Source: a bacterium (lineage in GTDB: Bacteria > UBA8248). Taken from it: a stretch of DNA of 64,000 nucleotides. The translations under genes and the position numbers were made by a program. Location: assembly GCA_965218885.1 (NCBI GenBank), contig OZ244713.1:2104638-2168637 (forward strand), written 5' to 3'. Below are positions 1 to 9,050 of this stretch, piece by piece. Below the pieces are notes generated by a model that worked only from the letters and a program-made list of their open reading frames with translations, ran no database searches and was not told the origin of the DNA. Within the stretch, counting starts at the first letter, position 1, and every line of letters starts with the position of its first letter.

Positions 1-199
1 TCACTATCCTCTAATTTGGCGTTTACGCACACGCACAGGATTTCTGTTGACACGGAGAGTGAATTTTGATAGAGGAAAGTTCTCTGGGCTTTCCTTTATC
101 AAAACCAACAATCCGGGTCTGATTCATCCCCATTTGGGGGGGTCGGCCCTCCCCACTAGGGCCAGACGTTAATTATACCACTTCCACAACTCTGGGGGT

Positions 200-1270
200 C
201 AAGGGTGAATTTCACTATCACGCCCACGACTTGACGGAAAATAACTCACGACCTAGATTCAGGTAGACCACCCGTTTTACGGGAATGTGCATTGTCTGCA
301 ATTCGCATTCCATCCTAAACGGAGGTCTCCCGTGACAATCATTGAATTACTCGAGATGTTCCCGGATGAACCTACTGCGCGAAAGTGGTTTGAAGAAATC
401 CGCTGGCCTGGCGGAGAGCGCTTCTGCCCTCTCTGCGGAAGCGTGAGAACCACGCACGTCCACAACGAAAAACCCCTGCCTTATCGGTGCCTCGACTGCC
501 GACAGTTTTTCAGCATTCGGTCAGAAACCCCGATGCACCGAAGCAAGGTCCCGCTCCACAAGTGGGCTGCCGCGATATACCTGATGTCCACGGCCGTCAA
601 GGGGATCTCGAGCATCCGGCTCCACCGGTATATCGGCGTCACCCAGCGGACCGCGTGGTTCATGTTGCACCGCATCCGTGAGGGTTGGCTCAAGGGTGAC
701 GATCTGATGAGCGGTCCGGTCGAATTGGACGAGAGCTATATCGGGGGCAAGGAACGGAACAAGCACGCGAACAAGAAGTTGCGTCCGGGCGGTGGCGGAG
801 CCGGAAAGGTCGTGCTCCTCTGTATGCGCGATCGCGGAACGGAAACCATCCGTTCGGAACCGACCAAGGTATACGGCGAATGGGGATCCGGTTTGGACGC
901 CATGCAGTTGCGCGGCTTCGTGCGGCGCAATGCCGAAGCTGGAGCAACGCTCTTTACCGACAACAACCGCTCATATCGCCGGTTGCGCGAGTACAAGCAT
1001 TCCTACGTGACGCACAGCCGCGGCGAGTACGTTCGCGGCGACACGCACGTCAACGGATGCGAGTCGTTCTTCGCACTGTTCAAGAGAGGGTTTTTGGGAC
1101 CTATCATCAGATGAGCGTCAAGCATCTGCACAGATATTTGAATGAATTTGTCGGCAGATCGAATTCGAGGAAAATGGACACTATTCACCAGATGAAGGCT
1201 CTTGCTGGCGGGTGCGAAGGACGGCGTTTGACTTGGAAACAACTCACGTCATAAGTGATCATAAATTTAT
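200..1270 (+). mobile_element. IS1595-family (ISXO2-like) insertion sequence carrying the transposase below. The ends are approximate and inverted repeats were not identified.
   Basis: It contains a recognisable IS1595 transposase. The GC content drops sharply immediately to the right. The stop codon of the adjacent minus-strand gene lies within ~13 nt of the transposase stop. Confidence 0.45.
287..1254 (+). pseudogene. IS1595-family transposase that is frameshifted; the two ORFs 287-1114 and 880-1254 join with a -1 shift around 1095-1110.
   Basis: The N-terminal region has a zinc-ribbon-like CPLCGS...CLDCRQ motif and the core reads ...ESYIGGKERNKH... The C-terminal GTYHQMSVKHLHRYLNEFVGRSN motif, typical of ISXO2-like transposases, is found in the other frame after the KRGF/GTYH junction. 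The shift lies at a T5/G3 run, gggtttttgggacc. Confidence 0.7.
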
Positions 1271-1670
1271 GATTTCAATCTGTCCCCTAGCCTTTCGATT
1301 AACTCATCGACGGATGTTTCGTTCAGATCTGATTGTTCCTCTAGATCAATTTCCCACAATGGCACATAAATTCCTGTAATCACTTCACGTTTCCTTGACT
1401 CAATGAGTTTTTGATTGTGAGTTATAATGGTTTCCATGATTTTTACGATTTGCTTGATCTCTCTATGGAAGCCTGCCAAATATATGAATCTAATGTCGTC
1501 TTGAGGGAAATTTTCCGTTGGCATTGGTTCAGTGTCCAGCATTTGGATAAGCCTAGCATCTCGTTCTTTTGGTTTTTGTGATGAAGCTAAAAGCCACCCC
1601 AGAATGTCCTGCTGGGCTTTCAGTCTTCCTTCTAATTCCGCGAATTTTTGACCAGATAGGCTCACCATCT
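1267..1670 (-). CDS. Hypothetical protein of ~134 aa in an AT-rich cassette. The longest ORF runs to 1803, but the likely start is MVSLSGQKF.
   Basis: It is an ORF in a low-GC region and co-oriented with the downstream-facing peptidase gene. I recognise no domain. Confidence 0.4.
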
Positions 1671-1931
1671 CGTATCCTCCGGTTTTGGGTTTTAACGCTG
1701 AGAGGTCGCCTCCCACTATGGGAGGCGACCTCTTTGGTTCGTTCGCAATGTTCGATGTTCTCTTGGTTCGACTCGTTCGTACTCCGTGCTGTTCTGGCCT
1801 CACGACTCATTCAGACAATAGCTTAACTCGCACTTTTAGGCTTGGTTGCTACACCCTTTCCGCCAGTAGAACTTGTTCCACGTTCCATTTTTTGATAGGG
1901 ATATACGAGCTTTTGTGGACGGTTTTTAATG

Positions 1932-2792
1932 TCAGATATCCTCTGCTTGTTGGTTTGTTGGCTGTTGGCCGACATGATCGGTCTCCATTGGGTTTAGTGA
2001 TGCGGGATAGTAATGCTTTCGCTTAATCCACTTAAATCCTTCATGCTTCGTAACTGTTGCAATGTCGGTTTCGCCTCCAACGATATTCGCTAGCGGCAAA
2101 AATGAAAAATACTTCTTTGTCAAGTCTACTAGAAAATCAGCTAGATTTATAGCATCTTGAACCGGCATTGCGGGATTCACCAAGGGAGTGTTCGATCTAG
2201 CAGCGTATTCCTCAATGATTGAATCAACTGTATTCTTAGGCAAATTATGTTTTTCTAAAGTCTCATATAAAATGTTTAGCTCAGTACCATAGATTAAACG
2301 CGATATCGCACTTTGCTGACCACCCCAAATTATGTCACTCATATCTGGACCCAGCATAAGCAACGGCTTTCTTAGTGCCCCGTCAAGAATAGAAATTTGC
2401 CATATTTCACCTTGGGCATCATCAGAGCCATAGCCTCCAATCCAAAAATTAAAATTAGAATTCCCTGGGGGAGGATTTAGTTCTTTGTATTTTTGCTCGA
2501 AAAATTTATGTGATTTTTCAGCAATTTCCTCAATGCTGTAATTAGAATTATCAAGGCTTTCTGTCAATTCTAACCTTAAATCCTTAGCCAAGTTGCTGAT
2601 GGACGCGGGACCGAAGTTCCCCATGCCCGCGGTCATTGCAACGACAGGAAGTTTTTTGTGCAGGTTGAATACCTTAATGCCGTATTCCCATATATTGGCG
2701 ACAGTTCCAGGCTGATCACTTAATAAGGTCGATGCGCTATCTGCTGCAAAAACGATGCAGTTATAGACTTTAACGCCAACACATACGGTCAT
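1932..2792 (-). CDS. Standalone HslV/20S-proteasome-like Ntn threonine peptidase (T1 family-like) with a ~100 aa C-terminal extension.
   Basis: The N-terminus MTVCVGVKVYNCIVFAADSAST places Thr immediately after the initiator Met. An Asp sits 16 residues later (as proteasome Asp17) and a Lys follows in GIKV (as Lys33). The GMGNFG Gly-rich segment matches the proteasome beta fold pattern. No HslU-like ATPase is adjacent. Confidence 0.5.
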   Translation of the reverse strand: MTVCVGVKVYNCIVFAADSASTLLSDQPGTVANIWEYGIKVFNLHKKLPVVAMTAGMGNFGPASISNLAKDLRLELTESLDNSNYSIEEIAEKSHKFFEQKYKELNPPPGNSNFNFWIGGYGSDDAQGEIWQISILDGALRKPLLMLGPDMSDIIWGGQQSAISRLIYGTELNILYETLEKHNLPKNTVDSIIEEYAARSNTPLVNPAMPVQDAINLADFLVDLTKKYFSFLPLANIVGGETDIATVTKHEGFKWIKRKHYYPASLNPMETDHVGQQPTNQQAEDI

Positions 2793-3210
2793 TATCGACT
2801 CCCGAATTCTGCGCTGATTTCATCAAGAAGGTTTTGTATGATGTTCGTGGGCGAGAAGCGCGAAAAATTTCTTTCTGTCTCCTATGGTTTCGAGTACACG
2901 GATCCTGCCACCTGCACAAAAAGAGTGTCAAGCTTACTTCTGGGTATTCTTGGAACATGCAAGATTGGATAAGCTTAACACCTACACCTTCCCGGCCCCA
3001 AAAGCCCCAATCGCTTGTGGATGCATGAAAACGCCTCCCACTTCCGAATAACCAGGGCCACAGAATCGGACATGAATGCTCCGTGTGTTCCTTTCCTGAT
3101 TGAAGGAACCAGTTCCGTCAACGATTAGCTCGGACCAGCGCAGGTCCTGAAATCTCGCGCCCGTATTGAGTTTGTAAATGCCCTTGAACGAAACGTCTAG
3201 ATCGTTTCAG

Positions 3211-3849
3211 CACACGTCATAGGTCAGGGGCGCGGCTATCGCCCTGACGAGCTTGAAGCGCATGCTGGCGTACTCGAGCATCGGACATGCGGGCTACGTG
3301 CTGATGGGCGTGGTGGCCACCATGAGCGTTGTGGACGGCAAGGTGACCTTCACATCGATAGGCATCAGCGCGGTGACTTTTTACCTTCTCGCCTACCTGT
3401 TCACGAACCTGGGAGCCTTCGGCATGTTGATTCTCGTGTGCCGGGAGGGCTACCGGGGAGACAACATCGAGGACTGGAGGGGAATCGGCCAAGCCCATCC
3501 CTGGGCGGGGATGGCCTTCGTGGTGTTCCTGCTATCGCTCGGCGGCATTCCGCCGACGGCCGGCTTCGTGGGCAAGCTCTACCTGTTCGCCGCGGCGGTG
3601 CAAAACGAGTATTACTGGCTCGCCGCTATCGGGCTCCTCATGAGCGCGGTTTCGATGTACTACTACGGGCGCATCATGATGGTGATGTTCATGGAGAACA
3701 GGGGAGAGAGCCAGGAGGTGATGAGTCTTTCGAGCGCGCCTTCTCTGTTTTTCGCGCTGGTGGTGCTGGTGGTGGCGACCCTGCTGCTGGGCATCTTCCC
3801 GGGCAGCTTCCTCGACGCGGCGAAGGGCACCGTCGCCGGGTTCATATAG
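3211..3849 (+). pseudogene. nuoN: 5'-truncated NADH-quinone oxidoreductase subunit N (NuoN/ND2 family) fragment. Only the C-terminal ~210 aa are present.
   Basis: ELKRMLAYSSIGHAGYVLMGV... followed by several TM helices is characteristic of the NuoN C-terminal half. The frame opens only at 3211, after a TAG. Upstream DNA is non-homologous AT-rich cassette DNA. Confidence 0.7.
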
Positions 3850-4819
3850 AAACCACACACGACATATAAAGCAGTTACGCCGGCCTCTCGCTCTTACTGA
3901 CCGAGGAGGGAAGAGTCCGATTTTGCGGAATCGGCGCGCTTCATTTCAGGAGCGAACCCCTTGTCGGCCTCGTCTCATGGATTGCGGCTTGCCGTATTGA
4001 AGATGCGGTTACGCAGGAGAACAGGGTGGATTTGCAATCCACTCTTCCGGTTCCATTTCGACCCAAGGGTCAGGTCTTCCGAGAAGGGAAACCCGGGCTT
4101 TTTGAGCAAACCGGCGGTCTGTTTTCCACGCGGCCTCACCACCGCACAATCACTCCCTGCTCGGTCGGGATTGACCCCGCATTTGCCGTATCGGTGAAAT
4201 CTCAAGGTTCGTTATGGTGTGCGCGCACGTGGCGACGCTCACCCAAGTCTTCTCCGAAGCGGCTTCGAGGAGGAGCGAAGGACGGGGTCGCCGGGTTCAT
4301 TCAGAAGTGATGAAACTCAATTTAATACAAAAAATAATATCGATAAAATTAGATAAAATAGCGTGGTTATTCGATAAATTAACGTGGTTTTTCTGAAAAA
4401 TAACGAAGCCTTCAGGATGCGTTCTGCGGGCGTTGTTTTGCGTTATTGGCATTATTTTGGTATTTGAGTCGATCACCCGGATCTCAAGATTGACATTTTG
4501 TCAGAGGCGAATCGCCTATTCCCGAAAAATGGTCAAAGCATGAAGCTGCGCGCCGGAACCCGGAGGCATTTTTACGGGATTTTCCGTACCGAGCAGGTCT
4601 TATATCCTACTGATATGTCTTTGGTTACAGGATTCGCTGATTATCTGCTGGAAACAGGCCTTGTTTGGCATGATTCGTGCATTATATAGGGATGTGAACC
4701 TTTTGCCCTCAATGGGCGCCTTTAGCAGAGGAGCCTTTTCTCCCCGGTGGTCAGTTGAAGGGTCCCCCGATGCTGATTCACTGACATCTCGCCGAATGAT
4801 TCGCTGTTTTTGAGCGAAT

Positions 4820-4862
4820 TCCTTCCAAAATGGGGCATGTCCTTAGGGGCGTGCCCCAAGTC
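4820..4862 (-). terminator. Possible intrinsic terminator downstream of the HAD gene.
   Basis: Minus-strand GGGGCACGCCCCTAAGGACATGCCCC followed by ATTTTGG. The stem is imperfect. Confidence 0.3.
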
Positions 4863-4863
4863 T

Positions 4864-5448
4864 TTATTTATCAAGGAGTTGTTCGAGCAAGGCCGGCGCT
4901 TCCAGTAAGGACGGGAGGGTCAAATCGCTAGGAATGAAGGAATATTCCGACAGATGAACCGACAACATTCCGGCCGTCTTGGCGGCCATCATATCGTATT
5001 TGCCGTCCCCGATGACGATGCATTTTCCGGGCGATACGCCGATTGCCTCGGCTCCTGCGAGCAGGGGCCTCGGGTCCGGCTTCCAATAACCCATATCCCG
5101 GGTGATCAGAACATCGAACGAGATATTGATTTTTTCCGCCATTTTCAGAACATGCCGCTCCGCGTTGTTCGTCACGACCCCGAAGGGGATTCTTTTCGTT
5201 CGCAGATACGCAACCAACTCGTGCGCGCCGTCGTTGGCTTCGGCCATGTCGGCGGCTTTAAGTTCATGTATTTCAAGGATATTCGATATCTCATGCGCAC
5301 GTTCGGGAGAGAGTGTGGGGAGGTGATCCAGAATAGAAATGTCTCCATCGACCAATCCCATCTCCTCTTTCATCGTGGGCCAGTCAAAGGCGGGTTTCGT
5401 GAGGGTACCATCAAAATCAAGCAACACACCCTCCATGGCTCGTTTCAT
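4864..5448 (-). CDS. HAD-superfamily hydrolase (phosphatase-like).
   Basis: It has the LLDFDGTL motif I, a VVTNN motif and the GDGKYD motif IV. A GAGGAAG RBS precedes the ATG at 5448. Confidence 0.75.
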   Translation of the reverse strand: MKRAMEGVLLDFDGTLTKPAFDWPTMKEEMGLVDGDISILDHLPTLSPERAHEISNILEIHELKAADMAEANDGAHELVAYLRTKRIPFGVVTNNAERHVLKMAEKINISFDVLITRDMGYWKPDPRPLLAGAEAIGVSPGKCIVIGDGKYDMMAAKTAGMLSVHLSEYSFIPSDLTLPSLLEAPALLEQLLDK

Positions 5449-5458
5449 ATTTGCTTCC

Positions 5459-6472
5459 TCACAGCACTTTTGAAATTTCATCGGAATCAAATCGTTGAAG
5501 CGGAGAGGTTTTCCCGCCGCGTTGAATCATCACACCAGATTCAGGCGGGCATAATTTGCCGATACGAACACCCATCGCGCCCGTCGTTATGAGCGTTTCC
5601 CGCACGATTTCTTCTCCTTCGGCTGTAACCGCCAGTAAAAGCGCTCCTGATGTAATGACGCCCAAGGGGTCGAGTCCCAATGCTTCGCAAATCTTTTCCC
5701 CTTCAAAAGAGATGGGGATTTGACTCTCCTCCACGATTGCCCCCAAGCCTGCGGCTTCCGCCAATTCGTGAATACCTGTGGCGAGACCGCCCTCGGTCGG
5801 GTCGTGCATCGCGTGCACGCGGCCCGTACCGGCCGCCGCCAGAGCTTGCGACACTATACTGATGCCGGGAGAAACCAGATATCTTTTTGCATTCTCCAGT
5901 ATCTCGATATCCATGATGCTTTTCAGAAAATCGTATTTTGCATCCGCCAGGATCGCCGTTCCTTCAACAGGTATGGGGCGCGTAAGCAGAATCAAGTCAT
6001 CCGTACAAGCGTCCGCGCCTCGTATCAAATTCTCCTTGGATACTTCACCCAGCATGTGGCCCGAAAGAATCGGAAATTCCAATCCCGATGTAATCTCCGT
6101 ATGACCGCCGCATAAGGTAATGCCCAATTCAGTACAGGTATCTCCCACTTCTTCCCAAATACGGTTTATCATCGCCTCATCAGCGCGTCCTTCCGGCAAA
6201 AGGAGAGTCATCAGGAACCACAGAGGGGTAGCTCCCATACAAACGATATCGTTTGCGTTCACATGAACGGCGTAGCGTCCGATATGATGTTCCACAAACG
6301 TGATGGGATCTGATTTTACGACGAGATAACGATCTCCCATGTCGATAACGGCCGCGTCTTCTCCAACCTGTGGACCAACGATGAGGCGCGGGTGAGGATT
6401 CGCGTTTTTGAGTAAAGCGTCCAGCACGTCCGGCGGAAGTTTACCTACGGGAAATGAAGATTTATTCGTCAT
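5459..6472 (-). CDS. AIR-synthase-related protein of the PurM/HypE/ThiL superfamily (HypE-like).
   Basis: It shows the PurM-like N-domain pattern (GEDAAVIDMGDRYLVVKSDPITF) and the C-domain pattern (DPTEGGLATGIHELAEAAGLG). The start is chosen at MTNKSS. Confidence 0.55.
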   Translation of the reverse strand: MTNKSSFPVGKLPPDVLDALLKNANPHPRLIVGPQVGEDAAVIDMGDRYLVVKSDPITFVEHHIGRYAVHVNANDIVCMGATPLWFLMTLLLPEGRADEAMINRIWEEVGDTCTELGITLCGGHTEITSGLEFPILSGHMLGEVSKENLIRGADACTDDLILLTRPIPVEGTAILADAKYDFLKSIMDIEILENAKRYLVSPGISIVSQALAAAGTGRVHAMHDPTEGGLATGIHELAEAAGLGAIVEESQIPISFEGEKICEALGLDPLGVITSGALLLAVTAEGEEIVRETLITTGAMGVRIGKLCPPESGVMIQRGGKTSPLQRFDSDEISKVL

Positions 6473-6665
6473 CCTCTTACCATAAGTGGGAGGTTCAGCA
6501 ACATCAAGCCAGATATCTGGAGCACAAGGCGTTTCAATGTTGACGCCCGGGGTGGAGCGTTTTAGAATCCCGTCTTCCTGATAAAGGCATGGAAACACTT
6601 GCCTTTTACGGAAAATGGGCCGATAAGGAACAACCCTTGGTTGTCTGTCGATTGCTCCACATACT

Positions 6666-6741
<76 letters not shown>

Positions 6742-6768
6742 GAAAGTCTGTAAGAAATTTAGTCCGCG

Positions 6769-7332
6769 TCAATCCGTATTCGTGATTCCTTCTAATACAA
6801 GGTTTTTTCCGTTTATTTCGACAGTGCTCGTGAGTGGAACCGCCGTCTGAACCATTTGCTCGGCATAGCAGCCTTGCTTCGCCAATCGGATGATGTTCAG
6901 GATTTTCTCTTCCGCTTCGCTCGATTCCACCTTGAAATGCGTACGCACCCTTCGGCACCCTGAATTTACATCGCCCTTGAGGACGGAGCCTTTCAGAAAA
7001 TAATCGAATTCAACGCGGCAAGTGGCTTTCGCGAAGGTGGTTTTCGTCATATGGGCGTACCGCCCAAGCTGAGTCAACAGTCAGAATCCGACTCCCATGG
7101 CGATGTATGTGAGAGGCTGCGGATATCTGTCCTCTCCTCCGATGCGGGGTGGTTCGTCGCTAAAGACCTCAAAATGCCGGAAGCGTCCGATTTTGAGTTG
7201 TCCATCGTCCATCGTCTCGGTTTCTGCGAGCATGGTGATCTCATAACCGTCTTTTGGAAGTTCGGGTTTATCAATTGGTCTCTCGCCGGGCACGGTGCTC
7301 TCATGCCAGGGATAGTTTATGCTTTCCACCAT
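6769..7332 (-). CDS. OsmC/Ohr-family (peroxiredoxin-like) protein interrupted by a single in-frame TGA at 7081-7083. It is either a candidate selenoprotein with Sec in place of the first catalytic Cys, or a nonsense pseudogene.
   Basis: ORFs 7081-7332 and 6769-7077 lie in the same frame and are separated only by TGA: ...PLTYIAMGVGF-(TGA)-LLTQLGRYAHMTKTTFAKATCRVEF... The TGA falls where OsmC/YhfA-like proteins have their resolving/peroxidatic Cys (L..G.C..M motif). A second Cys (KATCRV) is retained. A GGGCG-GUA-CGCCC hairpin lies 16-30 nt downstream of the UGA. Confidence 0.5.
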
Positions 7333-7399
7333 ATTTGGTTGTCCTCCAGGGTTTGGACGGGAATGATTCTACTCTGAGAAATGATTGTTTATATGGGTA

Positions 7400-8149
7400 T
7401 TATTCCCATTTCAGCACACAGATGTAACCCTCTTGCGGAATGCTGACGAGCGGTTCCAAGTCTTCCTCTTTTTTGTGCATTTGGATGGTTTTCAAGTGTG
7501 CATACGCCTCCCAGAGCATGTGGCGAAACGTGTATTCCAGGTTGAAATGAAATAGTTCCGTATCCTCCGGGTCAATCCACACGCCTGTGCGATGGGCTTT
7601 GAGGGTGACGTTCTCGCGCCATTGGCGGACATTCTCGCCGGTTCCGGGCCGTATCATGCCCCGCGGCGCGCGCTCGGATATCTTTCTCCCGTCCCGGATG
7701 GATTCGGTCGTCTCCGCTCCCAGCACCTCCCAGGCGAGGGCGAACGAATCCCGCATGACGTCGATAAGGTCTTGAATTTGTGGGCAGTATTCGTCTTTCA
7801 TGATTCGCCCATCGAAGCGCTCGAACAACCCCTTATCGCGCGGAAGCTCATCAGTGAAGAGGATAGCTCCCCAGCGAATGAGCAGCCACCGGTAGGGCAG
7901 AGAGGCCACGTGGCTCACCTGATCCTGGATGGACCAGGAGCCCCAACTCTTCCCCTCTCTCGTTCTCCGCAATGTCCCCTCGGGGAGTCCTTCCGTTTCT
8001 TTTGCATATAATTCAACGACTTGCGGAATTTCGGGGAAAAGCGAGCGCGCTGAATTCTCTCGTTCCTGCATCTTCTTGATTCCTCCGGGCTGGTGTATGA
8101 TGCTCCGCAGTACTGGCCTGAATCGGGCCGGGGATCTCTCGGAAAACAC
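7400..8149 (-). CDS. DinB/YfiT-like (DinB_2 superfamily) putative metal-dependent hydrolase. This is the full-length copy.
   Basis: ORF of 249 aa. The SWSIQDQVSHVASLPYRWLL region resembles the DinB-family helix motif. A second partial copy lies at 11440-11775. Confidence 0.35.
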   Translation of the reverse strand: MFSERSPARFRPVLRSIIHQPGGIKKMQERENSARSLFPEIPQVVELYAKETEGLPEGTLRRTREGKSWGSWSIQDQVSHVASLPYRWLLIRWGAILFTDELPRDKGLFERFDGRIMKDEYCPQIQDLIDVMRDSFALAWEVLGAETTESIRDGRKISERAPRGMIRPGTGENVRQWRENVTLKAHRTGVWIDPEDTELFHFNLEYTFRHMLWEAYAHLKTIQMHKKEEDLEPLVSIPQEGYICVLKWE

Positions 8150-8226
8150 CTCGTTAATTTTCAGAAAAACCCCGTCAATTTATCGAAAAACCCCGTGAAT
8201 TTATCGATATTTTCAGAAATTCCTTA
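8150..8226. promoter_or_regulatory. Tandem 20-bp direct repeat (aaaaaccccgtSaatttatcga x2 plus a partial third copy) immediately upstream of the DinB-like gene. It is a putative operator/promoter element and is duplicated at ~11776-11852.
   Basis: It reads ...tttcagaaaaaccccgtcaatttatcgaaaaaccccgtgaatttatcgatattttcag... in both copies. Confidence 0.4.
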
Positions 8227-9050
8227 TTCTCGAACGCGCCGATTCGCTTCGCAATCATACACGCGCGCGCCTTGAGTCCGATGACGGCAAATGCGGGGAA
8301 ATTAGCCCCTCCGCCGCATCCCGGTGGGTCCGTGTCGGACGATTGCGCAGCCATCTTCCAAAGTCTGATTCGCAACACCTTGCTTACGGTTACGTTCCTG
8401 CGCCCCACAACGTTCACTCAGGAACCACCTCCGATGTGGCGTGCCCCATGAGTTCATTCGAGAAATCACAGAACCTGAGATAGAAATTATATTCGAGAAT
8501 GGATATAAAGCGCAGCCTCCATGGACGCCCTCTTAAGCCCGAGGAAGTTCGGCGCTTCACGGATATGGCGTGGTGGATTGCGAGGATATTGATGTCAATG
8601 GGGAATGATACCGAGGATACACCTCAGGTTTTTTTTGTAGGGGCGGTTCGTCTCTAACCGGGGAAAGATTGGCTGCCTATCTAAACAACCACCTCCCCTG
8701 ATATCATCGCCATCCCGTTCAGATTGTCGTCATTCGCGATTTCGACCACGAACCGGTTCGCCCCTCGTAACCCGTCAGCCTGTCCTTGACGTGGGTGGTG
8801 TAATCGGGCCGGGCCTGCTCGCCGTCGTTGATGACGTCGACTCCCGCCTCCACCTGTTTTCCACGTCGTCTTCTATCGCGCGCGCCACGGCGGCATCGAG
8901 ATCACCGGAATCAGCACCTCCTTCCTCCTGGGCCGGCAACAAATCGACCACTTACTGGGGGCGCGGCAGGCTTCCCGTGTGGGTCGTGGGTATTCTCTCG
9001 GTGCTGCGCTTCATCGTTCGATGCTCCCCTTTCTTCTCAAAAACCGGCCC
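8180..9050 (-). pseudogene. Degenerate cobalamin-independent methionine synthase (MetE C-terminal domain)-like gene remnant in multiple frames. The duplicated copy lies at ~11810-12690.
   Basis: Frame fragments resemble MetE-family motifs: LPAQEEGGADSGDLDVAVARAIEDDVEKRVEAGVDVINDGEQARPD...THVKDRLTGYEG and, further 3', FAVIGLKARA. The reading frame is broken repeatedly. Confidence 0.3.

Noticed and set aside
3438-3869. 143-aa ORF and minus-strand ORFs overlapping the nuoN fragment.
   Set aside because: Only the NuoN frame shows membrane-protein character and family motifs.
3850-4300. Possible RNase P RNA, tmRNA, group II intron or tRNA-Sec in the gene-free regions (also 30804-32084 and 38358-38953).
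   Set aside because: I could not find the diagnostic conserved strings, i.e. an RNase P P4-type motif, a tmRNA tag ORF plus tRNA-like end, an intron domain V, or a long-variable-arm tRNA with a UCA anticodon. It was left as unexplained non-coding DNA.
6769-7332. Treating 7081-7332 and 6769-7077 as two separate small genes.
   Set aside because: They share one frame with a single intervening TGA, and together they reconstitute an OsmC-like domain of normal length. A split-gene annotation is less parsimonious than Sec readthrough or a single nonsense mutation.
8555-8896. Possible riboswitch (SAM/B12) associated with the MetE-like remnant.
   Set aside because: The remnant's 5' side lies at the higher coordinates and is occupied by prpB-derived sequence. 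The AT-rich stretch at 8470-8700 is internal to the decayed gene rather than a leader, and no riboswitch consensus was recognised.
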